DNA from: Candidatus Micrarchaeaceae archaeon | GTDB taxonomy: Archaea; Micrarchaeota; Micrarchaeia; Micrarchaeales; CABMGC01 | NCBI GenBank assembly: GCA_038878295.1 | Contig: JAVZVY010000002.1 | Span: forward strand, 1-45,943 | Length of the DNA: 45,943 bases | Reading direction: 5' to 3' | In this document: positions 9,355 through 17,514 of the stretch, one piece after another | Position numbering within the stretch: position 1 is the stretch's first letter | Layout of the letters: each line of letters starts with the position of its first letter | Notes under the pieces: generated by a model | What the model saw: the letters and a program-made list of their open reading frames with translations, nothing else | Told to the model about the DNA's origin: nothing | Database searches by the model: none | Position numbers and translations under genes: made by a program

Positions 9355-10389
9355 TCACATCGCGAAAGTCGGCCTTGACGAACGCATTATGTTTAGGAAG
9401 ATGATCTGCAGGAAAGCTATGCCTATAAGGACGAAAACCAATGTCGAAGCATCTATTGTGAAGAGACTTATGAATGTAGTGAGTATGGCAAGAACGGCAA
9501 TGCCCATGCTTGGGAATATCACCCCGAAAAGCATGTAGAACATGGCCAGCGCGTTGAGCCTCTGACCGTATCTTCGTAAGTCTATGACCCTCTCCTGCGT
9601 GACTTCCTCTACGACACCCTGCAATGCGCCCACAATGTCGGCTCCTGCTTTTATGCTCACAGAAGCCTGAAGCATTATCCTCTTGAAGGTCTTTGACTCG
9701 CTTTTCTCGCTCACTTCCTCTATGGCCTGCTCTATCGGCATGCCGAGCTCAACGCGCTCGACGATTTTGGCGAATTCCCTGCTCGCCGCGCCGTAGCCCG
9801 TGCTTACCGCGACGATCGCGTTGAAAAGGGGCATTCCAGAACGCATGCCTATGACTATATCCCTTGCCGCAAAGAGAATGTCCCGCTCTATTTCCTTGCC
9901 AACATTCTTGCCCTTGGCCACAGGATAGTTGATGAACCTCGCGAAAAAGGTCTTGAACATACCGTAGAAAATTGCTGCACCGAGTATGATTGTCAAGGCT
10001 ATGTTGAAGCCGTAATGGATAAACACAACAATTATGGTAGCGGCTATTATTGCGCTGACTATTATGGAATTTGTAAGCATCTTCTTTACGAACTGGTCTG
10101 GCGTGGACTTTATTCCTTGCTCCTTCAGCGCGATTGGCAGATCTTTGTTTTTGGCCAGCAGCTTCGCGACATACATCTGGAACCAAGTGAGCTTCTGCTG
10201 CGGTGCTGTCTGCGGAGGCGCATTTTGCTTCTGCTGCTTCTTGAGAAGCTCCTCGATGCGCGACTCAGCGGCACTTTTTTGCTGATATATCGGCTTTGAT
10301 TTTATTTTGAAAAAAAGGAATCTCTTCTGCTTTGTGAAGCCTACCGGCTTTTGCTCAGCACTAGCAGCATTCTTCTTGAACAACGACAT
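9355..10389 (-). CDS. Type II secretion system F-domain platform protein (TadB/PilC/FlaJ-like), paralogue 1
   Basis: 344 aa. It has an about 100-aa Lys/Gln-rich cytoplasmic extension, then the same TM / helical bundle (ERDILFAARDIVIGMRSGMPLFNAI..) / TM layout as its neighbour. Only 4 nt separate it from the next gene. Confidence 0.7.
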   Translation of the reverse strand: MSLFKKNAASAEQKPVGFTKQKRFLFFKIKSKPIYQQKSAAESRIEELLKKQQKQNAPPQTAPQQKLTWFQMYVAKLLAKNKDLPIALKEQGIKSTPDQFVKKMLTNSIIVSAIIAATIIVVFIHYGFNIALTIILGAAIFYGMFKTFFARFINYPVAKGKNVGKEIERDILFAARDIVIGMRSGMPLFNAIVAVSTGYGAASREFAKIVERVELGMPIEQAIEEVSEKSESKTFKRIMLQASVSIKAGADIVGALQGVVEEVTQERVIDLRRYGQRLNALAMFYMLFGVIFPSMGIAVLAILTTFISLFTIDASTLVFVLIGIAFLQIIFLNIMRSSRPTFAM

Positions 10390-10400
10390 GATTGCACCGG

Positions 10401-10976
10401 TTATTTAACCTTTGAGAGCTTTGCCTCCGCTTCCTCAAGCCTCTTCGCGCGCATAGCGGCAAGCGAGGCCTGGAACGCATCGAGAGACTTGGACTTTTCA
10501 TACCTTAAAGTCTCGGCGAGCCCGAAGATCTCCTGCCTTATTATCTTAAGCTGCTCACCATTAAAAACGTTCTCATCAAGACCCTCGTTTATTTTCTCTA
10601 GTTCAGAGAGCTGGTCCTGAAGCGAGAGCGTTGGCAGCACGAGCTTGCCGACCTTTACCTTTTCGATCTCTTTAAGCACGCTCTCCTCGAATTCTATGCT
10701 GGCCTTGCTTACAAGCTTCTTTATCTCCTCGGAAACTTCTTTTGTTTCTGTGGGCTGGGCGCGCTGAACCTGCAATGGCTGCTGCTGTATTGCAGGTTGC
10801 GGCTGCGGTTTCAGCCCTTCTACACTCGATATGATTCTGTAAGCATCCTCATATTTGTATGCGCTTTCCTGTATTCTATTCTTGAGAGCGCTTTCAGGAT
10901 CTATTATTACAGATTCGTTCTGCGTCGAAACAGATTCTATCTCGCTTACCAGCTTCACTGCATCCGCGTATTCCAT
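10401..10976 (-). CDS. Hypothetical acidic protein with Gln/Pro linker and C-terminal coiled coil
   Basis: 191 aa with no TM segment. It has a PQPQPAIQQQPLQVQ linker and a Glu/Lys-rich heptad-like C-terminal half. No family was recognised. Short gaps wedge it between the ATPase and platform genes. Confidence 0.5.
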   Translation of the reverse strand: MEYADAVKLVSEIESVSTQNESVIIDPESALKNRIQESAYKYEDAYRIISSVEGLKPQPQPAIQQQPLQVQRAQPTETKEVSEEIKKLVSKASIEFEESVLKEIEKVKVGKLVLPTLSLQDQLSELEKINEGLDENVFNGEQLKIIRQEIFGLAETLRYEKSKSLDAFQASLAAMRAKRLEEAEAKLSKVK

Positions 10977-10995
10977 GATAGCGCCTATACTTTAA

Positions 10996-12507
10996 TTATA
11001 CCTTAAACAATTCATCTGAGTATGGCAGGCCTTTGTCAACTATGTCCATGACGCTTTGGCTGTTCTTGTAGTACTTTGCGACAACGTAACCGGCCTCGTT
11101 GACTCCGAAAACCTTGTTTTTGACCATCCATTCAAGGACTTTTTTCTTTTCGTCAATGTTTGCATACATTTCTTCTCTTGAGTAGCCCCCATAAAGCATT
11201 ATTGTGTCTGCGAGTCTTGACGGCTCGGCGATTCTGCTGAATGTGTCGTTCCTCACATTCCACCTGAAGAGAACGTTTGCGTCGCCTGTATCGAGTATTT
11301 CGCCGAACTCCAGAAGGCGTCTAATTCCGAGACGCCTGTGCCTGAATAGAGTCGCTATCCCGCCAATCGCGTTAATCAGGATCTTTGGCACGTCTATGGG
11401 CGGATTTGTCATCCTTACTATTGTGTCTTGCACGTTGTCCGCGTGCACAGTGCCGTAAACCGCGTGCCCAGTATGTATGGCTTCGAAGAGCGTTTCGGCA
11501 TCTTGCTTGATCCTCACCTCGCCTATGAGCATTATGTCAGGCCTCTGCCTTAATGCGTTTATCATCAGGTTGTAAAGCGTGACTTCGCCCTTGCCTTCTG
11601 GATTAGGCTGCCTCGTTAGCATCGGTACCCAATGGAGGAAATCTGGCAGCGTGAGTTCTCTAGTTTCTTCAACTGATATTATTCTCCTGTTTGCGGGCAT
11701 GAATATGCTCATCGCGTTGAGAAAGCTTGTCTTTCCGCTTGCTGTGCCTCCAGATATAAGCAGGCTGACCTCATTTTGTATGCTCAGCCAGACCAGAGCG
11801 GCAAGCTCGCTGGTTATAGTGCCGTTGGCTATGAGCATAGGCATTGTCCACGGATTTTTGGCGAACTTTCGTATTGTTATCGTGTTACCGAACTGTGATA
11901 TTGGATAGAGGGTGGCATTTACTCTGGAGCCGTCAGGCAGCTCGGCGTCCATGAGCGGCGAGATGTTTGTTATCTGTCTGCCCACGCGCCTGCCTATGTT
12001 CTCAGAATAGTCGTATATTGTCTCTTCATTCTGTATTCTTATTGTAGTCTTGCACCAACCATATTTCTTATGGAACACCCAGACGTTTTCCTTTGAGCTG
12101 TTCACAGCCACTTCTTCGAGATTCTCATCTGCAAGAGGAATCTCAAGTTCACCCAATCCGAGCATCATGTTTATTATGTAGGCTATAAGCACTTTCTTAG
12201 CCTCGTCGCTCGTCCCAGGGAGGTATTTGTCTATCACAACATTTGATGCATCTACGTACCTAGCAGTTAATTCATCGGCGTATTCTTTGTCTTCTATTCT
12301 GGTTGGATCTATCGGCACGAGGCTAAGCAACTCGGGCCTCATCGAATTTAGGAGTATTTTCGACGCATCGCCAAGACCGACAACGTTTACTTTGTACTCC
12401 AATGCGAATTTGCCTGTATCCTCTATGCTTATGTCGGCTTTGAGACCGTGAACGTCCAGGGTGTACGATGCGAGAACATTACCGGCCGTTACATTATCGT
12501 CAGTCAA
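10996..12507 (-). CDS. Type IV pilus / archaellum-type secretion ATPase (FlaI/PilB/TadA family)
   Basis: Walker A is GGTASGKTSFLNAM, the Walker B region is PDIMLIGEVR and the His box is GHAVYGTVHA. At 503 aa it has a FlaI-like N-domain. Confidence 0.9.
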   Translation of the reverse strand: MTDDNVTAGNVLASYTLDVHGLKADISIEDTGKFALEYKVNVVGLGDASKILLNSMRPELLSLVPIDPTRIEDKEYADELTARYVDASNVVIDKYLPGTSDEAKKVLIAYIINMMLGLGELEIPLADENLEEVAVNSSKENVWVFHKKYGWCKTTIRIQNEETIYDYSENIGRRVGRQITNISPLMDAELPDGSRVNATLYPISQFGNTITIRKFAKNPWTMPMLIANGTITSELAALVWLSIQNEVSLLISGGTASGKTSFLNAMSIFMPANRRIISVEETRELTLPDFLHWVPMLTRQPNPEGKGEVTLYNLMINALRQRPDIMLIGEVRIKQDAETLFEAIHTGHAVYGTVHADNVQDTIVRMTNPPIDVPKILINAIGGIATLFRHRRLGIRRLLEFGEILDTGDANVLFRWNVRNDTFSRIAEPSRLADTIMLYGGYSREEMYANIDEKKKVLEWMVKNKVFGVNEAGYVVAKYYKNSQSVMDIVDKGLPYSDELFKV

Positions 12508-12517
12508 TCAAACACCA

Positions 12518-13714
12518 TTATTTTGCAATATTGTTTATGTCGTCATTCAGTTTATCAAGCTTTTCGCGCGTAGACGCTGCATTTCTGGAAAGCTTCTTGG
12601 TCCTTTCCTCTAGGCCCTTTGCCGCTACGGCTTTTTTCTCTATATCGGCTTCCGACATGGCCAGTATGGCTCTGCTCTGGTTGAGCAGAGCGTTGATTTC
12701 TTTCTCCAGGTCGTCGCGCTCCTTCTTTATATTTGCTATGTCTTCCGAAGCTTTATTTATCTCTTCATGAATCTTCGAAAAGTCGCCGAAACCCTGCTTC
12801 AGTTGGGCGAGCTTCTCATTCGCAGAGCTGAACTTCTGCTCTATCGCCGAAAAGGCGGCATCAGCATCCTGTGCGCTTTTTGCAACCATGTCAATCAAAG
12901 CAACCTTATGCCGCTCTACTCGTTTTGATATTTCTTCGCTAGCGTGCTTGTACTCATCAATGAGCTTAAGGTTACTACGAAGGGTGTGCTCTTGCTCAGC
13001 AAGGGTACGCATGGAAAGCTCAGCCTCAGTCCTGATACTGTTTATTATTGCGCTTACTTCGCTTCTGTATTTACTTATCATCTTCTCAGATTCGTTGTTG
13101 AACGACTTCGCGGTGGATTCAATTAGTTTTATCTTCTCTTCCATGTCGCTTATTACCTTTCTGATTTCGGATTCCCCTGACGTTATACCGCTTATCGCTT
13201 TTGCCCTTTCCTCAAGAGCTGCTATCTCCTTAGCCACGGCTTCATGCGCCTTGTCAATGTATTCCTTCCTGCTGCGGACTTCCTTATACCTGCTTTCTAT
13301 GACGCTACGTATTTTGTCTATCTCCTTCAGATCATTTGAGACTTCGCCAGACTTCCTCTTAAACAGCAGGTCCGTGTCCTTTATCAGCTTGGAGAGCGCA
13401 TCGAGCTTTGCATTCATTTGACCAAGCAGCGTGGCCTGCGTCTCGAGTTCGTTTACCGCAGTTGTGGTTTTTTCGTTTATTGTATGCTTAAGAACCTCGG
13501 CGTGATCCTTTGATACCGCTATTGGGGTAACGAACATGCGCCCGCTCCTGTAGTTTATCTTTACTATATCAGCCTTTTCCAGCACATCTGCCCACTCTTC
13601 GATAACATGCTCACCTACTTTGAGAGCAGTGGCCAGTGTGGCAACGTCAGTTTCCCCATGCGTTTTTAGGTAGTCTATAAATTTATCTATACTGGTCGTG
13701 ACTTCCTCAGTCAT
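12518..13714 (-). CDS. Winged-helix N-domain fused to an about 320-aa coiled coil; hypothetical, first gene of the pilus-machinery operon
   Basis: The ATG is at 13714; GTG at 13732 is the longest-ORF alternative. The N-terminus IDKFIDYLKTHGETDVATLATALKVGEHVIEEWADVLEKADIVKINY looks like a wHTH. The rest is Glu/Lys/Ala/Ser-rich helical sequence. It lies 10 nt upstream of the ATPase gene. Confidence 0.55.
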   Translation of the reverse strand: MTEEVTTSIDKFIDYLKTHGETDVATLATALKVGEHVIEEWADVLEKADIVKINYRSGRMFVTPIAVSKDHAEVLKHTINEKTTTAVNELETQATLLGQMNAKLDALSKLIKDTDLLFKRKSGEVSNDLKEIDKIRSVIESRYKEVRSRKEYIDKAHEAVAKEIAALEERAKAISGITSGESEIRKVISDMEEKIKLIESTAKSFNNESEKMISKYRSEVSAIINSIRTEAELSMRTLAEQEHTLRSNLKLIDEYKHASEEISKRVERHKVALIDMVAKSAQDADAAFSAIEQKFSSANEKLAQLKQGFGDFSKIHEEINKASEDIANIKKERDDLEKEINALLNQSRAILAMSEADIEKKAVAAKGLEERTKKLSRNAASTREKLDKLNDDINNIAK

Positions 13715-13810
13715 CAAATCATATACACACACAGATTAAAAGGATTTAATTCTTTCGTTGCCTAACTGCAACTTTGCAAACAGCTGTGAATACTTGATGA
13801 TACGCGCTGA

Positions 13811-14548
13811 TCATGAACCGCTTCGCTTCATTGCTCCAATTATTGAGCTTGCTATCTCGTCGCCAATAGCGTGCTCTGGAAGGACTAGATGGCTTACCCC
13901 GGCGCGGCGCATCCTTGGTATATCCTCCTCTTTCTTAATTCTTGCGGCAACCTTTATCCTGCTGTTGAGGTGCTTTGCGGCTATCACAGAAAGGGTGTTT
14001 TCCATATCGTCCTCGCCGAGGAGCACCAGCGCGTAGGCTTTTTGCGCGTTGGCTGCACTAAGCGACGCAATTTCTTTTGGAGTGCCTTCTATCGCGATCA
14101 TTTTTTCCCTAATCGCGGCGTCGACTTTCTGCCTGTTTCTATCGATTATCACAAATGGCACATTTGAAGCTGCTAGCTTTTTGGACATTTCCGCAGCGAT
14201 CTTATTGAATGGCGTCATGATTATGTGATTAGAAGCCTTGCGCGCCTTGTCTGCTACCGCCTTCCTCTTGAAGTTTACCTTGCCCATCAGGTCGTACAAG
14301 ATCGTCGTAACAAGTATTACGAACATCAGTTCTCCGATTATCTCTATGGAAAGAGCCGCAACAACTAGTGGGTTCGCTGTATCGACAAGGGCTTCGCTCG
14401 GCGGAAGCTCGACGCCTATAATGTTTATGAAACTCCAAATAACAGCTATGAAGAAGTCCTTTTCAACCGTATAAATGGCTACGGTGGAAGCTGCGAATAT
14501 CGCAAGCATGCTTATTATAAGCAGTTTTTGTATTGCTCTCATGATCAA
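13811..14548 (-). CDS. Membrane protein with 2-TM channel-like N-terminus and RCK/TrkA-N domain (no canonical K+ filter)
   Basis: It has TM1, a pore-helix-like segment (DFFIAVIWSFINIIGVELPP), TM2, then a Rossmann RCK domain (HIIMTPFNKIAAEMSKKLAASNVPFVIIDRN..). No T-V-G-Y-G motif was seen. Confidence 0.65.
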   Translation of the reverse strand: MIMRAIQKLLIISMLAIFAASTVAIYTVEKDFFIAVIWSFINIIGVELPPSEALVDTANPLVVAALSIEIIGELMFVILVTTILYDLMGKVNFKRKAVADKARKASNHIIMTPFNKIAAEMSKKLAASNVPFVIIDRNRQKVDAAIREKMIAIEGTPKEIASLSAANAQKAYALVLLGEDDMENTLSVIAAKHLNSRIKVAARIKKEEDIPRMRRAGVSHLVLPEHAIGDEIASSIIGAMKRSGS

Positions 14549-15333
14549 TACCTCAAAGCCCTTACTATATTGTCACCTATGTCTATGCCGGCAAGGTATT
14601 CAGGGAGAACGCACATGTCTATTCCGACCGCGAACATCTTGGTGCGCACCTCAGGCCTGCTGACCCTCACAAACGTCTTAATCTTGCTATTGAGCTTTCT
14701 CGCAGTGAGCGCGCCTACGAAGTTCAAGAGGTCGTTCTCTGCATCGAACACTATAACGCTTGAGCTCGATATGTTCGCAAGTTCGTAAGTGTGCTCATCC
14801 TTCAGGTCGCCGTTGAAAGCGACTATGCCGCGGCTCGAAAGCTCTGCAACGGTTTCGGGATTTTGATCCAAAACTATAAAGCGCTTCTTGTGCGCCGAAA
14901 GTTTTGCGATGAGCTCTTCGGCTATGCGGTTGTAGCCACAGATTATTATGTGGTCCCTGTAGCCACGCTTCTTTATGCTGTTTATGAACATGTCTATGTT
15001 CGCGTAGCCCACCATGCTTATTACCGCAGCTATTATGAAGCTCATTATGAAAAGTCTGCCGAAATTAGCTATGATCGCTATGATAAAGACAGCCGCCGAA
15101 CCTAGGGCGGTGAACGATTTATACAGAAACATCATGTCCGCCAGATCGAATGCCGCGCTAGTGTTCTGCGACCCGAAGAAAGCCTCTATTATGTAATATA
15201 CAGTCAAATACAGATCCTTCGTCACTAAAAGAAGCACTGCGAACGTGAATGCTATCAACACCACTGCGATGATTAGCGCAAGCTCAAGCACGTTGCCAGT
15301 TTCCTCATTTTCAGACTTTTGCATCTTAACCAC
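14545..15333 (-). CDS. Membrane protein with channel-like N-terminus and RCK/TrkA-N domain (paralogue)
   Basis: N-terminal TM helices are followed by HIIICGYNRIAEELIAKLSAHKKRFIVLDQNPETV.. (RCK N-domain). It overlaps the downstream gene by 4 nt. No T-V-G-Y-G motif was seen. Confidence 0.65.
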   Translation of the reverse strand: MVKMQKSENEETGNVLELALIIAVVLIAFTFAVLLLVTKDLYLTVYYIIEAFFGSQNTSAAFDLADMMFLYKSFTALGSAAVFIIAIIANFGRLFIMSFIIAAVISMVGYANIDMFINSIKKRGYRDHIIICGYNRIAEELIAKLSAHKKRFIVLDQNPETVAELSSRGIVAFNGDLKDEHTYELANISSSSVIVFDAENDLLNFVGALTARKLNSKIKTFVRVSRPEVRTKMFAVGIDMCVLPEYLAGIDIGDNIVRALRY

Positions 15334-15341
15334 GCGCAGTT

Positions 15342-15761
15342 TTAGAAGCCCTTCGATATCTCCTTGAAGAGCTCGTCGCTTGCAGACTTTGCAGGAGTGG
15401 CGATGAACTTCACGCCAACATCGATAAACTTCTCCTTTAGAGAATCGTCGTTTACCCTTGTGGCTATGATTATCTTCTCGTTAAGGCTCTTGGCAGTTAT
15501 TGAAGCGAAGAGGTTTTTGGCGTCGTCATCGAGCACTATCGCTATCGCTTTCGCGTTTGCTATGCCTGCTTCCTTTAGTATTTTTGAAGAGGTAGCGTCG
15601 CCCTTTATAACGTCTATTCCGCGCTCCCTCAGTATTTCGACTTTCTCAGGATCGATCTCGACAACCACAACGCTTATGCCATTCTCAAGCAGTATGTCGA
15701 CGACGCGCTCGCCCACAAGGCCGTAGCCGCATACTATCACATGATCCTTGAGCTCTTCCAT
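15342..15761 (-). CDS. Soluble TrkA-N/RCK domain protein
   Basis: 139 aa. HVIVCGYGLVGERVVDILLENGISVVVVEIDPEKVE..GDATS is a classic NAD-binding-type RCK fold signature. Confidence 0.85.
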   Translation of the reverse strand: MEELKDHVIVCGYGLVGERVVDILLENGISVVVVEIDPEKVEILRERGIDVIKGDATSSKILKEAGIANAKAIAIVLDDDAKNLFASITAKSLNEKIIIATRVNDDSLKEKFIDVGVKFIATPAKSASDELFKEISKGF

Positions 15762-15772
15762 GCAACAACCAT

Positions 15773-15845
15773 TAGCTCCAGCCAGATTCGAACTGGCGTC
15801 AACAGGTCCAGAGCCTGCTATCCTTGACCACTAGACGATGGAGCT
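15773..15845 (-). tRNA. tRNA-Gln (anticodon CUG)
   Basis: The reverse complement folds as a cloverleaf. The acceptor is AGCTCCA/TGGAGCT (A1-U72, typical of archaeal tRNA-Gln). The anticodon stem is GCAGG/CCTGT with loop CTCTGGA. The T arm is GCCAG-TTCGAAT-CTGGC. No CCA is encoded. Confidence 0.85.
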
Positions 15846-15972
15846 TCACTAAAATATAGCATAGCAATATTAATATTTTTCCTGCCAGCTTTGAACCGGT
15901 ATTTTGCATTTTTCGCAGTTCGTCGTATGCCATAACCGCATTTATAAAGATTGCAGTGCAAACCTACAAGCA

Positions 15973-16149
15973 ATGGACAGCAAAACAATAAAGACCATTA
16001 AGTTTGTCGTGTCGTGCGAGTCGCAGTACTTCGGCCCAGATAAGATAGCAGAAAGATACTGCAAGAGCGCCTTAGGAATGAATGACGAATGTGCGAGGCT
16101 AGTCAAGGAGCTCTACAGGAAGGAGCAGGACATAAAAGATGAATTCTAG
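15973..16149 (+). CDS. Small hypothetical protein (58 aa from the ATG; the TTG-extended ORF starts at 15904)
   Basis: This is the only ORF between the two tRNA genes. No motif was recognised. Confidence 0.25.
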   Translation: MDSKTIKTIKFVVSCESQYFGPDKIAERYCKSALGMNDECARLVKELYRKEQDIKDEF

Positions 16150-16229
16150 ATTCTCATAATGCGGCCTGGGCATAGAGCATGTTCTGCAAAAGCAAATACT
16201 TTATTATTTTATCGGCAATTATTAATCAG

Positions 16230-16336
16230 GCCCTGGTAGCTCAGTGGTAGAGCGCCTGTCTTGTAAACTTCTAGAAGAAGTTTAATCAAGAAGCTAGGAG
16301 AACAGGAGGTCGAGGGTTCAAACCCCTCTCAGGGCT
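16230..16336 (+). tRNA. tRNA-Thr (anticodon UGU) with a 35-nt intron at the canonical 37/38 position
   Basis: The acceptor is GCCCTGG/TCAGGGC, the D arm GCTC-AGTGGTA-GAGC, the anticodon stem CCTGT/ACAGG and the T arm GAGGG-TTCAAAC-CCCTC. The loop CTTGTA|A is interrupted by about 16266-16300. The intron contains the helix CTTCTAG/CTAGGAG. Confidence 0.85.
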
Positions 16337-16469
16337 TGTTGCAAGCAGATTAAAGCCACAAAGAACGGCAGAGCATGCAATACAAATGCAGACGCGAAAT
16401 AAATAAGTCTGTAAGGGCGGGGTAGTTCACATAGAGTCTAGTCAACACAGCAATGGGAAAAATCGTGTC

Positions 16470-16973
16470 ATGTTCACTATTGGCTATTCCACGCGCCAAT
16501 TGGGCAAGTTTATAGAAATGCTAAAGGAGCATGGAATAAAAATTTTAATAGATGCGCGTACAGTGCCAAGATCAAAGCATAAGCCTGAATTTAATGCTGA
16601 GAGTTTACCCAAGCCGCTACGCAAGGTCGGGATAAGATATCTGCATATGAAAGAACTTGGCGGCCTGAGAAAACCAGATAAAGATTCTGTAAACACTGGC
16701 TGGATAAACGCAAGTTTCAGAGGTTTCGCGGATTATATGCAGACTAAGGATTTCGATGATGCAATAAAAAGGCTAATGGCTTTAGCAGATAAAAAGAATG
16801 TGGCGCTAATGTGCGCAGAGGGCAATCCATTCAGATGCCATAGATCCTTGATTGCTGATGCGATGTTGGTCAGAGGCTATAAGGTGTTTGAGATAACAGG
16901 AAATAAAAGCTCTAGCGAGCACAGATTAACAAAATTCGCCAAGGTTTCGAAAAAGAAAATAACCTACCCGTGA
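16470..16973 (+). CDS. DUF488 family protein
   Basis: MFTIGYSTR...LIDARTVPRSKHKPEF...CAEGNPFRCHRSLIADAM matches the conserved DUF488 blocks, including the C-x(6)-CHR signature. Confidence 0.75.
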   Translation: MFTIGYSTRQLGKFIEMLKEHGIKILIDARTVPRSKHKPEFNAESLPKPLRKVGIRYLHMKELGGLRKPDKDSVNTGWINASFRGFADYMQTKDFDDAIKRLMALADKKNVALMCAEGNPFRCHRSLIADAMLVRGYKVFEITGNKSSSEHRLTKFAKVSKKKITYP

Positions 16974-17010
16974 TAAAACGATAAAATACGTTATTCCGCA
17001 GAAACCTAAA

Positions 17011-17511
17011 GTGCTTTTCATAGGGATAAATCCGCATTACGGTTCTTACCATAACGGCGTGCCGTTCTCAAACAATAAAAGCTTCTGGTATTTGCTTAGC
17101 AGATCTGGGCTAATAAGCGAAAATATCGAAACACTTAGAAACAACAAGAGCCTAAAGAAATTTTACCTTAACGAATTTGGAAAGAAATATTGCTATGGCT
17201 TTGTAAATCTCATAGACAGGCCAACAAGGAGCGTTTCCGAGCTGAGGAAAGGCGAAGAAACTGCGGGAGTGAAAAAAGTGAGGAGGCTTTTGCTTGCTGA
17301 AAAGCCGAGTATCGCATGCTTTGTAGGCAAGATAACATACCAGAAATTTAGCGGACTGAAAAATGTAAAGTTTGGGCTGCAGCCCTATAAAATAGGCAGG
17401 TGCAGGATATTCGTTTCCAGGTTCCCGATAAGAGGCCCAAGCAGTATACGCATAAATGAGTTCCGGTTTATCGGAAGAATCATAAAAAGTCACAGCAGGT
17501 CTGCCATTTAG
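17011..17511 (+). CDS. MUG/TDG-type (family 2) mismatch-specific uracil-DNA glycosylase
   Basis: LFIGINPHYGS..GVPFSNNKSFWYLL aligns by eye with E. coli Mug VVFCGINPGLSS..GFPFAHPANRFWKV. The C-terminal FPIRGPSS aligns with Mug NPSGLS. The start codon is GTG. Confidence 0.7.
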   Translation: MLFIGINPHYGSYHNGVPFSNNKSFWYLLSRSGLISENIETLRNNKSLKKFYLNEFGKKYCYGFVNLIDRPTRSVSELRKGEETAGVKKVRRLLLAEKPSIACFVGKITYQKFSGLKNVKFGLQPYKIGRCRIFVSRFPIRGPSSIRINEFRFIGRIIKSHSRSAI

Positions 17512-17514
17512 AAT

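Noticed and set aside
12888-13421. A 177-aa Ser/Leu/Phe-rich ORF on the + strand, with similar ones at 15364-15726 and 19152-19439
   Set aside because: These are antisense images of Glu/Lys/Ala-rich coiled-coil or Rossmann genes. Low-complexity Ser/Leu runs are the expected mirror of GAA/AAG-rich coding sequence.
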